A program made the translations under genes and the position numbers. Below, piece after piece: positions 36,142-48,400 of a stretch of DNA of 64,000 bases. The DNA comes from Marsupella aquatica (Eukaryota; Plantae; Marchantiophyta): the NCBI GenBank assembly GCA_973895155.1, contig OZ316896.1, positions 21,024,152 to 21,088,151 on the forward strand. Direction: 5' to 3'. The notes beneath the pieces are model-generated. The model was not told the DNA's origin and did no database searches. It saw only the letters and a list, made by a program, of their open reading frames with translations. Each line of letters begins with the position of its first letter. Position 1 is the first letter of the stretch.

Positions 36142-39100
36142 GCTCCATTTTCGATCAGAGACTCACCTTACCCTCAATCCTCCTTTCCACTCGCACCCTC
36201 AACTTCAGTCATACTCCCATAAACATTGTCTAGAGGGTTCCCTCTGAACCCAGCTCTAAACTGAATAGCGCTCAATCTCAATTATATGGTTACATTAAAT
36301 TATTATGATCTAAGCAGTTCCTAATAACTCCCAAGCAAGCCCAAAGAGGCATGACTTTGTGATAACTCATTTGAGTAGAGATTTATAGGTCTTGGGTTCA
36401 ACTATTGTGGCTGACTCTTCCCTTTCTATGGGGTTTCACAGATTTCCCCTTTAAAACAAAATTAAAAATAAACTAAACTCTCAAGCATGCAAAAGTAGAA
36501 TAGGTATATGCCTGATGGGCTCCCACTACTTCACTTTAGACAGGCTGAGTGTCTTTCTATTGCAATTATGTGGTTAGATTTGATCATGATCCAAGCCTTT
36601 CCAAAGAAACCTCAAAAAATGCAACATTCTAGTAAAGATATATGCTTAATATATAGACCCAGAAAGTTTCATTTATCATAGTTTGGACCCTCTAACATTC
36701 AGGTGTCTGGTGTCCTCATCAAGGGTCTTATAAGGCCTCCTTTGTACAAGCAAAAACCAATATGTAATAAAGTATGGGAGAAACTATCACAAACACTGAG
36801 TCAAGATGTGCAGATGTGAAAAACCTCAAATGATCAGTCTTCCTTAGTTAGTAAATGCCATTTTAAGATATGAATCCTATTGCCTCCCTTTCCATCTCAA
36901 TTTACAACCCCATGGCCAGCCCGGGGGGGCAGCCCTAAACCTTCAGTTGTTCATTGCCTGATTTGCTGAAGGGCATAGTTGAACTTCGATTGATGCTCCA
37001 ATGGGTTCATCATAGTTTCTCCCATAGTTTCTCCCATAGTTACAATGCACTGAGTTCCAATCCTACAATGGAGGGCTGCACCTTTTAAGATTCTTTACAA
37101 GAACACCCTGGGCACACCAAATTAATGTCAAAGGGGATCAAAACCTTGATAGACCTGAAATCAAGTACCCAAAATCTAATGGGTTTAGTTGAGGAGGATG
37201 GCATACCTCCCTGTTGAGGCATGTTCTTATGGTCCCCCAAGTTTTGTTACATTTAAGATGAGGTATATGTTTGATGGACCCCAAACCAAAGTTTTGGCCC
37301 CAACCAACCCCATGAGAATTTGGGTGAGTTGATTTAATGTTTATCAACCCTTTTGGATCACTCATGGGTCCCATCATGTAACATTTTTCATTTTTGGCGT
37401 CCATCAAGCATATACCTCAATCAACAGCATCAAGGCATCGTACGTGAGACCTGTTGTCGAGTAATTAACCGGGTCCCCTCTATTCTTTCAGATCTCCGAG
37501 CGGTGAAAAATTCATTTTGCAAACGATCGGGCACAACGATGGCCTACAGTGGATCTATCGATGCTGCTACTTGTCGCATGTTATCCACATACGCAGGGAG
37601 TTATCCCTGTGACTCCCATCGATCTGCGTGGCCTCCATATCGAGCTCCATATGCGCTCGATCATTTCCCATTTTTTTGTATTGTGTATTGCAATTACCTT
37701 CATCGATGGCACAGCTGGAGTACGCACGCTAGAAGGTCAGCTAAGCATCTGTTGAGTAGAAGCAGGTAGAAGCTCCTGCGAGTCTTCCGTGTAGATTCCA
37801 GTGGATGATTGGTTGTCGTCAAGAGCAGTATAGGATCTATGAGCCTCTCGAGCTTCTCGTTTGCAAATCGGGAACCTCGAAATCACACCTTTTTCCAACC
37901 AGAATTACAAGACTACTTTGCCACTCCTTGCTACCGCCTCTTGCGTGTGTGGACGGGCGCTGCTCAAGTGCGTACAATCTCCTTTTTAGTTTGCCGATAG
38001 TATCTAAACCAGAACGACCCTGGAGGAGTACACAATCGTGTCAAGTGACACATTCCCAAGATGAGCGAGTTCTCTACAAACAAACTTTGGAGTCCGGACT
38101 TATATATCTCTTCCTCGATCGTTTGATCTTTCAGATTTCTTCCATCGTTCTTGGATTGATGAATTCCCGAGACTTTTTAATATTCATGAATCTTCCAGTC
38201 TCCAGTACCAGCTACGCTTACTGGCGATCAAGATTGACACCATTTCCCTGACTCATTGCAATCTGAATCATCCCATGCAAACACATGATTTGGGTATCAG
38301 TATATATATTAATCATCCCCCAGCTATCACAACGATGGCCAAGTCAATTGGTAGGCTCAGGATTCAAGAGTTTATGAAGAATTCCAGTCTTCAATTTACT
38401 GTTCCTGGGCCTGCAGTTTTTCTGTGGTGCCGTCTGAAAATTCAGGTCGCGGATTAGTCAATTCTCCTCTGCAATTATTACATAAGATCAGAGAAGCTAT
38501 GCAACTTGCGTTTGAAACTTGAGGTCATGAGATAGCAAGAGAAGGCGGGCTAGCGCAGCAATCGACGACGATCGATGAACCGGCCGGAGTCCATATCGAG
38601 GCAGTCGCGGGAAGTAAACCGAGCAATTCTCATTTGTGTGATCTCAAAAAATTCTAGGCCGGCGCCATGAAGTCAAAGGTGAGGTGGCAATCAAGCTACA
38701 GTCCAGACACATACCTCTTCCTCCTCGCCGCTGCCATCGCACCTGGTGCCGAGTCTGCTGTCTTCTCTGGTCTATGGTGTGCAGCGGATTGAGGGAAGCC
38801 AGCACGGCAACACTTTGGAATGTAGCAAGTTAGGACAAAACCTTTTCAATGGCGCCGAACAACAATGGTTCTTCCTCGCAGGGCGGCCACTACGACATTA
38901 CCACAATCCGCCCGTTCGCGTTCAGCAGCCTTTCCCTGGAGTAAATCGACGCCATTGAAGAGCGGATTCTTCGTTGATGGCCTGAACGCCATCGGTGTAT
39001 CAGCGAATTTGGCACAGCTCTCAGACAGACTTTAAGGTAGAGTCGTCGCTCTCTAAGTGCACACTTCACACTCTATAAGTGAAAACCCTGGATAATTGCA

Positions 39101-39454
39101 AGGTGTCTTGTTCGTTTTTTCCCGGTCGAGTTTGCATTTTGTTAAAGTGCAAACAGGGCCCCAAAATTTCGCTCTACGATAACTACATGAATGAGAACCC
39201 TCGATAAGCGTACATGACCTCTTATGGGATAGGCGCAGGGATTTACAGTGTAAGGTGGGAGTCGCGAGGAATGCTCACCGACAGTGACAAAGTGAACCAT
39301 ACACACTATAAACCATGGTAATCTTGTTTCGGCTTGGTTAACTATATACTCGCAATCTTCAGTGAGTTTCGTGTTTGTTCTCATAGGACCTCTTTTCCAT
39401 TTACTTGTGTGCTTGTCCTTTCTAGTAAATCTATCCTCATTCTTGTTGCTTGAA

Positions 39455-39615
39455 TAGGGAGTCTCAAACTTTGAACCTGCAGACACCCAAATCTATCAGT
39501 TTCAGTCATGGGTCAGGGAGTGTGTGGACACATATTTTTGTGTCCGCTACTTTTTCCTTGGGAATTTGTTGCTAACCACTACCGGAGGCAGACAAGCAAG
39601 GTTTGAGACGCCCTA
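39455..39615. mobile_element. MITE, family 1, copy B (inverted relative to copy A)
   Basis: Ends TAGGGAGTCTCAAA and TTTGAGACGCCCTA. The internal GGACACAAAAAT and CTGCAG motifs match copy A in reverse complement. Confidence 0.75.
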
Positions 39616-41689
39616 ATGAACCAAAAACTTGAAATCCTAAAGATTGCACCACATTGACCTCTTTTGTTTTATGTCTGTACTTGCTTTGGCCCTTTCTCTC
39701 ACACACCTGCCCCTACAAAGAGCGCCCTTTTCTCATAATTAAACCACACCTGCCCATGTAAAAGCCCCATTTACTCCTTCACTACTCCTCATTCTTGTCC
39801 TATGGTGAACAGTGTCTCAACATAAACTGTGGAGCACTTGCCAAAACAAGACTGAGCACTCACTGAACCCTACTTTGGGATGGAGGTTTGTGCACAAGCC
39901 GGTGGATTTATGAAACTTGCACTCGGAACCTCATGTGCCGCAATAGAGACTGCCACCACTGGGCTACACTCCCTAGGATGTCAAATGTGAAACAAATTCT
40001 TCACTTATGTGGATCTACCCACTATTAGTAGCATTTGAAAATGTGAAAACAGTCTCATATCTTCATCTCTTCTGGGCAATGGGCCCCTAAACCCACAACA
40101 TCAAATGGTGGGACCCAATAGATACCATTAAATGAGTTTCCCATGCCAGGAATTCCCATCCCTAAACCCTCACAACCTCCTTTGCTTTTACTCCGTTGCC
40201 CAGTAATGGTTAAGGGTTTAGGGTTTGACGGTTTTCTTAGATTAATTTTTGACCGTTAGATCTCCCTTTAAGTCATTTTCCAGATTAATCTGTGACTATC
40301 AGATCTCCCTAAATTTAAGGACTGCCTCCAGATCCTGGCGAATAGGGTCGGTGGCTAGGTTGGACCGGGTTAATGGAAGACAAGAAACCTACAGTATGTA
40401 CGTCCAGCAAAAAGTAAAGAAGACATTTCGGGTAGGTGGAATCTAGCCAATTTTAGCCTCGTAAAAGAAACCTGCTCCACTGTACTTTGTCTCACGCTTT
40501 TAGTAAATTGGTCCTTATTCTCTCTTTCTTGAATGAAGCCAAAAATGGGTAACCTATAGTCTCTACACTACCAGACGTTAATACGACCATACATGGCACA
40601 ACTTGTTGGACTCATTGTTCTTTCTGCAGTCTCACATAATTATATTCTTCTTGGCAGATTGGATCTGTTTGGGTAAGGAACTCAATTTCTTCTTTTAGCA
40701 GAACTTGGCTCCAATGGACCTACCACGATCTAAGCACATGTTCCAATTATTAGTGTCGCCTGAATGTGTAACCACCGCTGCATTGCTGCTTTCAAAGAAC
40801 TTGACCTCAGATCCCTGGACGAGCCTTGAGAACTGCAATTGATGGAAAGATAGGCAGTAACGCGTACATCACATTCTTCGCCTTTGTCACCAGCATTTGA
40901 CTGTGAAGGAATTTATTTGAAATCGTTCAGAATAATTTGAGTCGGCTCACCTTCCGATTCCTACCAAACCACGTGGTAGATTCTCGAGTTAGCATTGTAT
41001 TTGGATTGCTTGAGAGGCTCTGAAGGTACGAAACTTATCTGTTTGGGCTTAGGACCCATGTCCAAATCACGTTCTTTCCCGTCTGATATCATCCTTCTGT
41101 TTGACATGAAACTCGTGATTAGCTCAATTCAGCTTGCATAAGGAAATCTTTCATTTTTTTTACTTATGTATTTGACATAGTTCTACGTGGCTGCTTAAAT
41201 GTCGGCAAATTTCAATCAGTAACCTCAACTGTTCAACCAACTGTAGACCCATGCATGCAGTCCGCTTTGAAATCAAATTCTTGCCTGATGAAATTTGACA
41301 TTGAAACATTCTCCTAAGGTGAATTATGATTTCAGGTGCATTAAAGTTGGGCTTTCAATCGAATCGGGAATGGTCTCACGCACCTGATACAAAGCGTGCA
41401 GGTTAGTACATACATGGAGAAGATTTACACCCATGTTTTCAACGTGCAACTAAGTGGTCTAAAACACTTCAAGGGATTTGACCGTGGGGAAAAAGTTCAA
41501 CTAGCTGCAAGGCCTTAGTGATCAAACTACTCCTGCACTATAATCTTACAGGAAATAGCATTTTATGAGCGTATTCAAAGAGTGATTTGGCTGATGTCCA
41601 GAAAAACTTCTGGATCTCTTTCTCACCTCATCCATTTTTACTTGGATCCAATTGTCTGTGAGTTTGTTTTAGTCAAACCTTCTTCTTAC

Positions 41690-42635
41690 ACTCATTTCTC
41701 CATAAATCTTATTCAATCGTTCAAACTTGAGAACTCCCAGCGCATTTTCGAAGCTTTGCCCATTCCTTTCATCCTTTAGTGGAAGTGGCGGTCAAAAGTC
41801 TACCCAAAGGGTTCTTGGAAATGTACACACTCACACTGATGTATCATGCGCAATTTCCTAGTTGTACAGATTATGATGTCACACATTTGTGCCTTCCAGT
41901 CATTTTCTCGATAAATCTTATTCACTCGTTCAAACTTGAGAACTCCTAGCGCATATTCGAAGTGTTGCCCGGAGTTGGCCGCCAAAAGTCTACCCGAACT
42001 GTTCACAATCATGTATCATGTAATATTTGGTAGTGGTACAGATTTATGATGTCACTCACTTGTGCCTTCCACTCATTTTCTCGATAAATTTTTAATTCAG
42101 TCGTTCAAAATTGAGAACTTGTGTCATCCTTTAGTGGAAGTGGCGGTCAAAAATCTACCCAAACGGTTCTTGGAAGTACAAACAATGAACCATCATGTGA
42201 GATTTTCCTACGTGTACAGATTATGATGTCACTCATTTGTGCCTTCCACTCATTTTCTCGATAACTCTGATACAATCGTTCAAAGTTGAGAATTCCCAAC
42301 ACTGTTTTGAACCATTGCCCGTTCCTTTCATCCTCAAATGGAAGTGGCGGGCAGAAGTCTACCTGAACTGTTTTAACTCTTGGACACTGATGTATGATGG
42401 GAAGTATAGGTAGTTGTAATGGTTTATCTTGTCACTGTTTGTGCCTCACCCTCAGTTTCCCTTATATCTTCATCATTCGTTAAAACTAGAGTACTTCCAG
42501 CATTTTTTTACAGCATCGCCCGCTGCTTTCATCCTGCATGGAAAGAGCGGTCAAAGATCTACCCGAACTGTTCTTTCAAATGTACACTCATGTGAGATTT
42601 TGGTAGGTATTCAGATTCATGATGTCACTCACTTG
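41690..42635. repeat. Degenerate tandem array of about 5 units of 170-210 bp downstream of the amylase
   Basis: Anchor CGTTCAAA(C/A/G)TTGAGAA at about 41718, 41927, 42101, 42277 and a variant at 42478. GGAAGTGGCGG...TCTACC and CAGATTATGATGTCAC also recur. Confidence 0.85.
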
Positions 42636-42644
42636 GGCGCAGCA

Positions 42645-42856
42645 TTCCACAACCACTGCACCGAGAGAAACTTGATTTCCAGATATTGTCTAATTAGAAG
42701 TCTCAGATGTGCCAGTGACAATTTACATTCATCCAAAGTCAGTACTAGTCAATTCTGATTATCATGTACTCTTGGGAACCTTTTGGAAAATTTTGAGGGG
42801 AAAGATTTTCATTGCATTAAGCTCATTGCTTCTTCTTCTCCCTGTATACTAGTTTG
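42645..42856 (-). repeat. Tandem duplicate of the amylase last codons and proximal 3' UTR
   Basis: TAAGCTCATTGCTTCTTCTTCTCCC is identical at 42818-42842 and 43024-43048. CAACCACTG...CCGAGA and CATCCAAAGTCAGT are also duplicated. Confidence 0.85.
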
Positions 42857-43028
42857 TGTGCGGCAATTCACAACCACTGAACCGAGAAAACACCTTGGTT
42901 TTCAGACATTGTCTTTTCCATGAAAATTGACACTCATCCAAAGTCAGTTCAAATCGAGTTCTCTCCATCATGTACGCTTGGAAACCTTTTGGAATTCGTT
43001 TGAGGGAAAGTTTTTCATAGCACTAAGC

Positions 43029-44714
43029 TCATTGCTTCTTCTTCTCCCATACACAGTAGTTTTGGCCAGATGCGCCGATTTCGAACTCTTCTGGGGAGGG
43101 CGCGAGATCACCAATATCAAGCCTGAATCCTATTTTAACCACTACACGGTCGTCAATAATTGCCACATACAAGTCATTCTCTGCGGTGACAATATTGACT
43201 TTGCTATTGGCCTTGATATCATTTCTTTTCCTGACACTAATGAGGGCCTTGATCTCATCCTTCAAACCCCAATCATAGTAGTGGTCGTAGAAAATGCAAG
43301 GAAGGCCAGGATGAGTAAGAATGTAAGCGTATCCCTGCATCACATGTTCGGAGGGGAAAGCCCAGTGACCTTGTGTTGATCCAGTGTCATGGTTGTCAAT
43401 GAATGTCACAGCTTTGTCTGGCCAGTACCCAATCATGCCCGCTGGCTTGCTGTTGGGGTCCCGAAGTCTCCATAGCTGCCCCTTCACAGCTTCCTGCAAA
43501 ATGCCTTTCGTAGTGAAATCAAAAGCTGTAGATCTTCCTCCCGTAGAATCGACCCAATCGACCAGCTCTTGACGATGGCTGTCCTGATTGTAGTCCAACC
43601 CATCACCACCATAGTTCATGCTCGTCCACAACTCTCCAACAGAGAACTCTGGGTCTGTTTTCGACACATACTTGCCAACAAACTCAGCTCCAAATCCCTT
43701 GGCAAAATCAAACCTCCATCCATCATAACCCACCTCGTCCTTCAACCATTTCATCCACTGAATGAGCTCTTTCTGAACTCGGGAGTTGGTGTGATCGATG
43801 TCCGGAGCAGCCCCGAAATCATCCCCGGTGTCCGGCTGGCCAGACCCATCAGAGGCTGGATCAGTCGCGGCAATAGCCCACGGCCCCCAATCCAGCTTCT
43901 CATCATCAGTTCCACCCTCGAAGAGGCACCAAACGCCTCTCTCGTCCTGCTGGTCGCCGCACCGATGGTTGATAACGATGTCTGCTATACAGCGAATGCC
44001 CTCCGCATGGTAAGTGCTGATCAGCTCCTTGAGAGTCTGCTCATCCCCATACTGCGACGAATTCAGGTCATAGAGCCTACCAGGCATGTAGCCTTGGGGA
44101 GCCACCGACTGACTAGCAGGAGGCAGCCACACATCAGTAACTCCAGCTTCTGCGAGGTCTTTAGCCGTGCTCTTCAAGACATCATACCAGTTATCCGCCT
44201 TCCATGACTCCCAGTTGAAGCCTTGAAACATGATGATCCGGAGAGGGTCAGCTGGAATGGGACCCCCTTCAACTGGAGGCTCGTCGGAGGTTGAAGCTAC
44301 AGCAGGTGCAGTGTCCGGGATAGACGCTGCTGGAGGTGCAGTATCGGGAATCAGTACAGGTGGCTCATCATTCAGAGAGACAGTGATGGTATCTTCTTCC
44401 TCTTCCGTCTCAGGCGCAGCAACGGCCATCACCTTGCTCGACCGTCTGAACTTGTCTCCATTGCTTCTGCTGCTGATAGAGCCCAGCTTCAGCTTGGCCG
44501 AAGACGAGGAGCAGAAGACAGCTGAGGAGGCAGATGACAAGCTGCTGCAGCTGCTCTGTGGCATCATTCTCACAAGATTAGGTGTAGTGGATGAGTAATC
44601 GGAATGGGATGCTGCTGCTGCTGCCCCAAAGCCATCTCCCGTTGTACACGACCTCTCCTGCTGCTGCCATAATGCCGTCTTCGCTCCAAGTGCAGCAGCC
44701 ATGACGATTCCCAC
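43029..44714 (-). CDS. AMY: Alpha-amylase (GH13, plant type), intronless, with a Ser/Ala-rich probable plastid transit peptide, 561 aa
   Basis: [25 protein letters not shown], catalytic [12 protein letters not shown] and FIDNHD, and a C-terminal beta domain ending YCVWEKK. Confidence 0.95.
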   Translation of the reverse strand: MGIVMAAALGAKTALWQQQERSCTTGDGFGAAAAASHSDYSSTTPNLVRMMPQSSCSSLSSASSAVFCSSSSAKLKLGSISSRSNGDKFRRSSKVMAVAAPETEEEEDTITVSLNDEPPVLIPDTAPPAASIPDTAPAVASTSDEPPVEGGPIPADPLRIIMFQGFNWESWKADNWYDVLKSTAKDLAEAGVTDVWLPPASQSVAPQGYMPGRLYDLNSSQYGDEQTLKELISTYHAEGIRCIADIVINHRCGDQQDERGVWCLFEGGTDDEKLDWGPWAIAATDPASDGSGQPDTGDDFGAAPDIDHTNSRVQKELIQWMKWLKDEVGYDGWRFDFAKGFGAEFVGKYVSKTDPEFSVGELWTSMNYGGDGLDYNQDSHRQELVDWVDSTGGRSTAFDFTTKGILQEAVKGQLWRLRDPNSKPAGMIGYWPDKAVTFIDNHDTGSTQGHWAFPSEHVMQGYAYILTHPGLPCIFYDHYYDWGLKDEIKALISVRKRNDIKANSKVNIVTAENDLYVAIIDDRVVVKIGFRLDIGDLAPSPEEFEIGASGQNYCVWEKKKQ

Positions 44715-45273
44715 TTACTTTCCTTCACTCTAGCAATTCTAATTCCGAGCTGGATCTTGCTCACAATGTCGAACTCGGGCCCTCCTCAATCCTGAAGCCA
44801 AATATCGTCCAGAACAGAGTAGAAATGTCTTCCAACTCCGCAAATCATAGGGCGGCGAATTCCTCTTCTACCGTGCTGCAAGAACTGTGATGAAACTGGG
44901 CTCACTTAAATCAGAATTTAGCTCAAGATTTGAGTCGCACGTTCAATTTCTAGCTGGTGAAGCTCCTAGACTGTCTCTGCTCCAAAGGGCCCCCATACCG
45001 GCGACCACCCGCATTGTGGGCCCTCCTCCTTCTTTTCGACGCAGATGAGTGTTCTGCGCTCAGTCCCCCTCGGAACACTCCGACACCTCCGAGCGAACAC
45101 ATATGGGCCCCTGCCACGTTGCGAGAGGAGGGTGCAGAACGATCTTTGGAGCGTATCCTGGATCGACAAGTGTCGAGACACCTACTCATGTCACTGTCAG
45201 CCCCTCGTTTTCTTGCCATGCGTCGACCCGTTACACGTAGCCCACTACGCTAGACGACATACGGGGGCCTAGG

Positions 45274-45477
45274 GTACTCTGCTCGTCAGCGTTTTACAGT
45301 AGTATAGTACGGTGAAGGTACTTACATTAGTATAGTACGGTGACGGTACACTTCGTCATCGATGAAACTACCGTATTCTAGTACGGTTACGTACACTTAG
45401 GCATCGACACTCGTAGATACGGTTACGGTACACTTCGCCGTCGACGGCTCCGATTTCCCGATAACTGTACAGTGTAC
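45274..45477. promoter_or_regulatory. Cluster of 10 GTAC cores (3 as GTACGG, the reverse complement of CCGTAC) upstream of the amylase; putative SBP/SPL binding sites
   Basis: GTAC at 45274, 45307, 45318, 45335, 45346, 45381, 45391, 45428, 45467 and 45474, within an imperfect TAGTACGGT...GTACACTT repeat. Confidence 0.5.
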
Positions 45478-48400
45478 ACCCTGATTGAAACGACCCCGCA
45501 CCAGAAAATTCATTGGGTTTACTTTTCACAGAAGTAAAGTGCTCCTTTCAACGAAAAAATAAAAACGACCCCGCACCAGAAAATTCAGGGATGGAACCAG
45601 AAATTCAGCGATGGACAATATGGATACACAGTACGGAGTCCCTAAAATAAATATGGATACACATTGGGAGTCTCTAAGAGCCAACTGGAATGTAGTTTGC
45701 CATATTGAATGCGACCCTTAAACTGAGACGTGTAATTCTCTTAATTCATGATTCTGCCATGCCATAAGCCCCTCTGCAGGCAGGCCTCACTGCAGGACTT
45801 ATGGGGACCCAAGGGCAAAAGCCAAAAACATTCCGGCCCTTGAAGGTCCCGACCCTAGAGTGGCAAATAAAACAAAAGCACTGCATTACAGATGTTGAGC
45901 ACAAGGCCTTCGGTGGATTTATTTAGTTGTTACCGCAGATAGAGCAGAATCCTGAGCTGCCTCCATTCTAAGGGCTGCATTCCTTAGGGCCGACTGCATG
46001 CGAGTTGGCCCTAGCTCCAAATTTGATGACCTTAACTTACTAATTAAGGTGATCCACATTTGTGAGTCTCAAAGCTTCAAATCTGATGACCTTCACCTAG
46101 TAGTTAAGGTTCTAGCACAAAAAGTCTAGCAACTTCATAATTTTTAATTCTTTTCCTTAAAGATTCTTCATATGTCACAAGGTAGCTAGGTTGCTCTAGA
46201 TGCTAGCAAGAACAGAACCAAAAAAAGCAAATTACATCACCCTGTGAAACTAAGTCATTGTCTGCAACTTTGAAGCTTTAAGACACCCTAATTGATCTGT
46301 AATTCAAATCTACCAGTGAGGTTGCTGCCTGTGGCCATTTCCCTATATATGGACATAAGTGCAAGGCTAGATGTAGAGTAATTGTTCAATAACTTGTAGA
46401 GTAGCAAAGTGGGGGCTACTACCCGCAGCCGTTGCCCATCCCCATATTGATATAAGTACAAGACACAAATTAGGCTAGATTTGCAACTGACACTGGTCCC
46501 ATCAAGTAGCAAAGTGGTGCCAGACAAGTGTGAGGTTCATATCTGGTAAGTTGCAGTTTTCTTTTGACACAAAGCACATGCACAAATTAAACCCTAAACA
46601 CTGCTTTTGACACTCCAAAAAATTCAAAATCATTAACTTTTTGCAGTCAGCAGACATAGGGCTGTGGGCAGGCAAGGCTCATTAACCAGTGTGGATCAAA
46701 TCCCTTGACATGATTCACCAGAAGTTGGGTCCTGTTGTTTTTACTTGCTATCAAACTTACCATCCCAATGAAAAAGCAATTTTTGTCTTTCCATGTGCGA
46801 ACCAAGTTACCATCCTACCAAGCTTGCCGGTCCAATAAAAACCAATTTACATCTCCCACTTGGACACTTGGTTACCACACTACCATCTTGGTTTGTGCAG
46901 GACTGAGCAAATTATTATTACTTTCCTAATGATCTAAACTTTGGGGGCCAAGCAAGTATTCATGATTGAGTAATCAAATCTCACAGGTTGCTACTCTTTT
47001 GGAACAGTTGCGGTTTATTTGCAACTCCATGAGTCAGTTTATGAGTACCCCAATAAGTACATAAAGTATTCTGATCCACATAGAAAATATCACCAGGATG
47101 AAAGAAGAACTAATTTACTGAAGACGAGGCCAACAAAATTCAAACCAAAATCAGTGAAAAGAATTGAAGAGTACAAGAGGGTTACACTTTAGTAATAGAT
47201 GACACAACAATTACTTATACATCATGTTCACTTGACGCTTCTGAAACGTAAGTGTCAAAGTTTATACTACAGTAATTGTTTCCTCTTCCACTTTGATTGC
47301 CCAGGAAATCTTCAAAACTCTATTCGTTTTCTCCCCATTCATCCTCAACTTCTGGCAATGGCGAAGGTGCCTTATTAAACTCACAATATCTTGCGCAGCA
47401 ATTAGTGCCTATTGGAAGTGGATGCTTTGAGGTCTCAGGGACCGTAATCTTAATAATTGGATCTGAACCTTCCTTTGCTGGAGGCTCATCAATTCGCCTG
47501 GTATGCACCAAATTCAAATCATCAAGTTAGTATACCTTAAGTAATCTCCAAAACAAATCCAACATAAGATTTCCTAGGGCTGCATTCTCTGAATATTAGA
47601 AAGACAAAGAGTAAGGTTGTTTCCCCCTTCTGCTTCTCTTTAATACACTTGGACTAAGGCACAAACAAACAGTCACATGAACAATGAAAGTTGTAAACCT
47701 CAACTAATGTTTTTACTCTCAACAAAACTAAGAAGAAAGGCAACTGTTTCATTGACACATTAGCTCTAGGTACTTTTTGACGGTAAAATACATGTTTTAG
47801 TGACTAAAATACTAGTAGAAAACACCTATTGAAACATGATTGTCTCATTAGAGGTCAGTGTTGTGCACCCAAAAAAGTCAGGAGTCTCCCATGAACCAGC
47901 TTTTATGAGTATCCGTGGCCAACAACCAAACATAAGAGGATGCATCTTTGGAACCGCTTTCCTCCGCTGCAAGAAATGTGACAATAAATGTTACTTTTGC
48001 TTGGCATGACCTCATCCCTTGCTACAGCTACCTCAGCAGCTATGATTGTTGATGGCAAATCCAATCTTAGGAATCACAACCTCAATCACAACGTGAAAAC
48101 AATGGACACTCATCTTCTTGAACCATCATCCTGCACATAGTTTGCCAAACTGGTTGCTTTCTGTGGTGCCTACAGCTGGACTACCACAATTCTAACTCCA
48201 AAAATTCAAGACTGGAAAGATGACAGTCCCTGGTTTTCATTCTTAATGGCTCCTTTACAAAATGCTTTCATCTGTGAAAATGCTCAATTAAACCTCCCAA
48301 CTTAGGAGCAATGTTTTTAAACTTCTGGAGGGATGTATGCACTTTGGGTCTTATCACCTCAGATCTATGAAGCCTGAATTAATCGTCACAATTTCAAAAT

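Noticed and set aside
40085-40226. CCCTAAACCC and GGGTTTAGGGTTT telomere-like motifs
   Set aside because: Only 1-2 units each, too short to call an interstitial telomere.
43569-44598. 212-aa and 122-aa plus-strand ORFs
   Set aside because: Antisense shadows of the amylase CDS.
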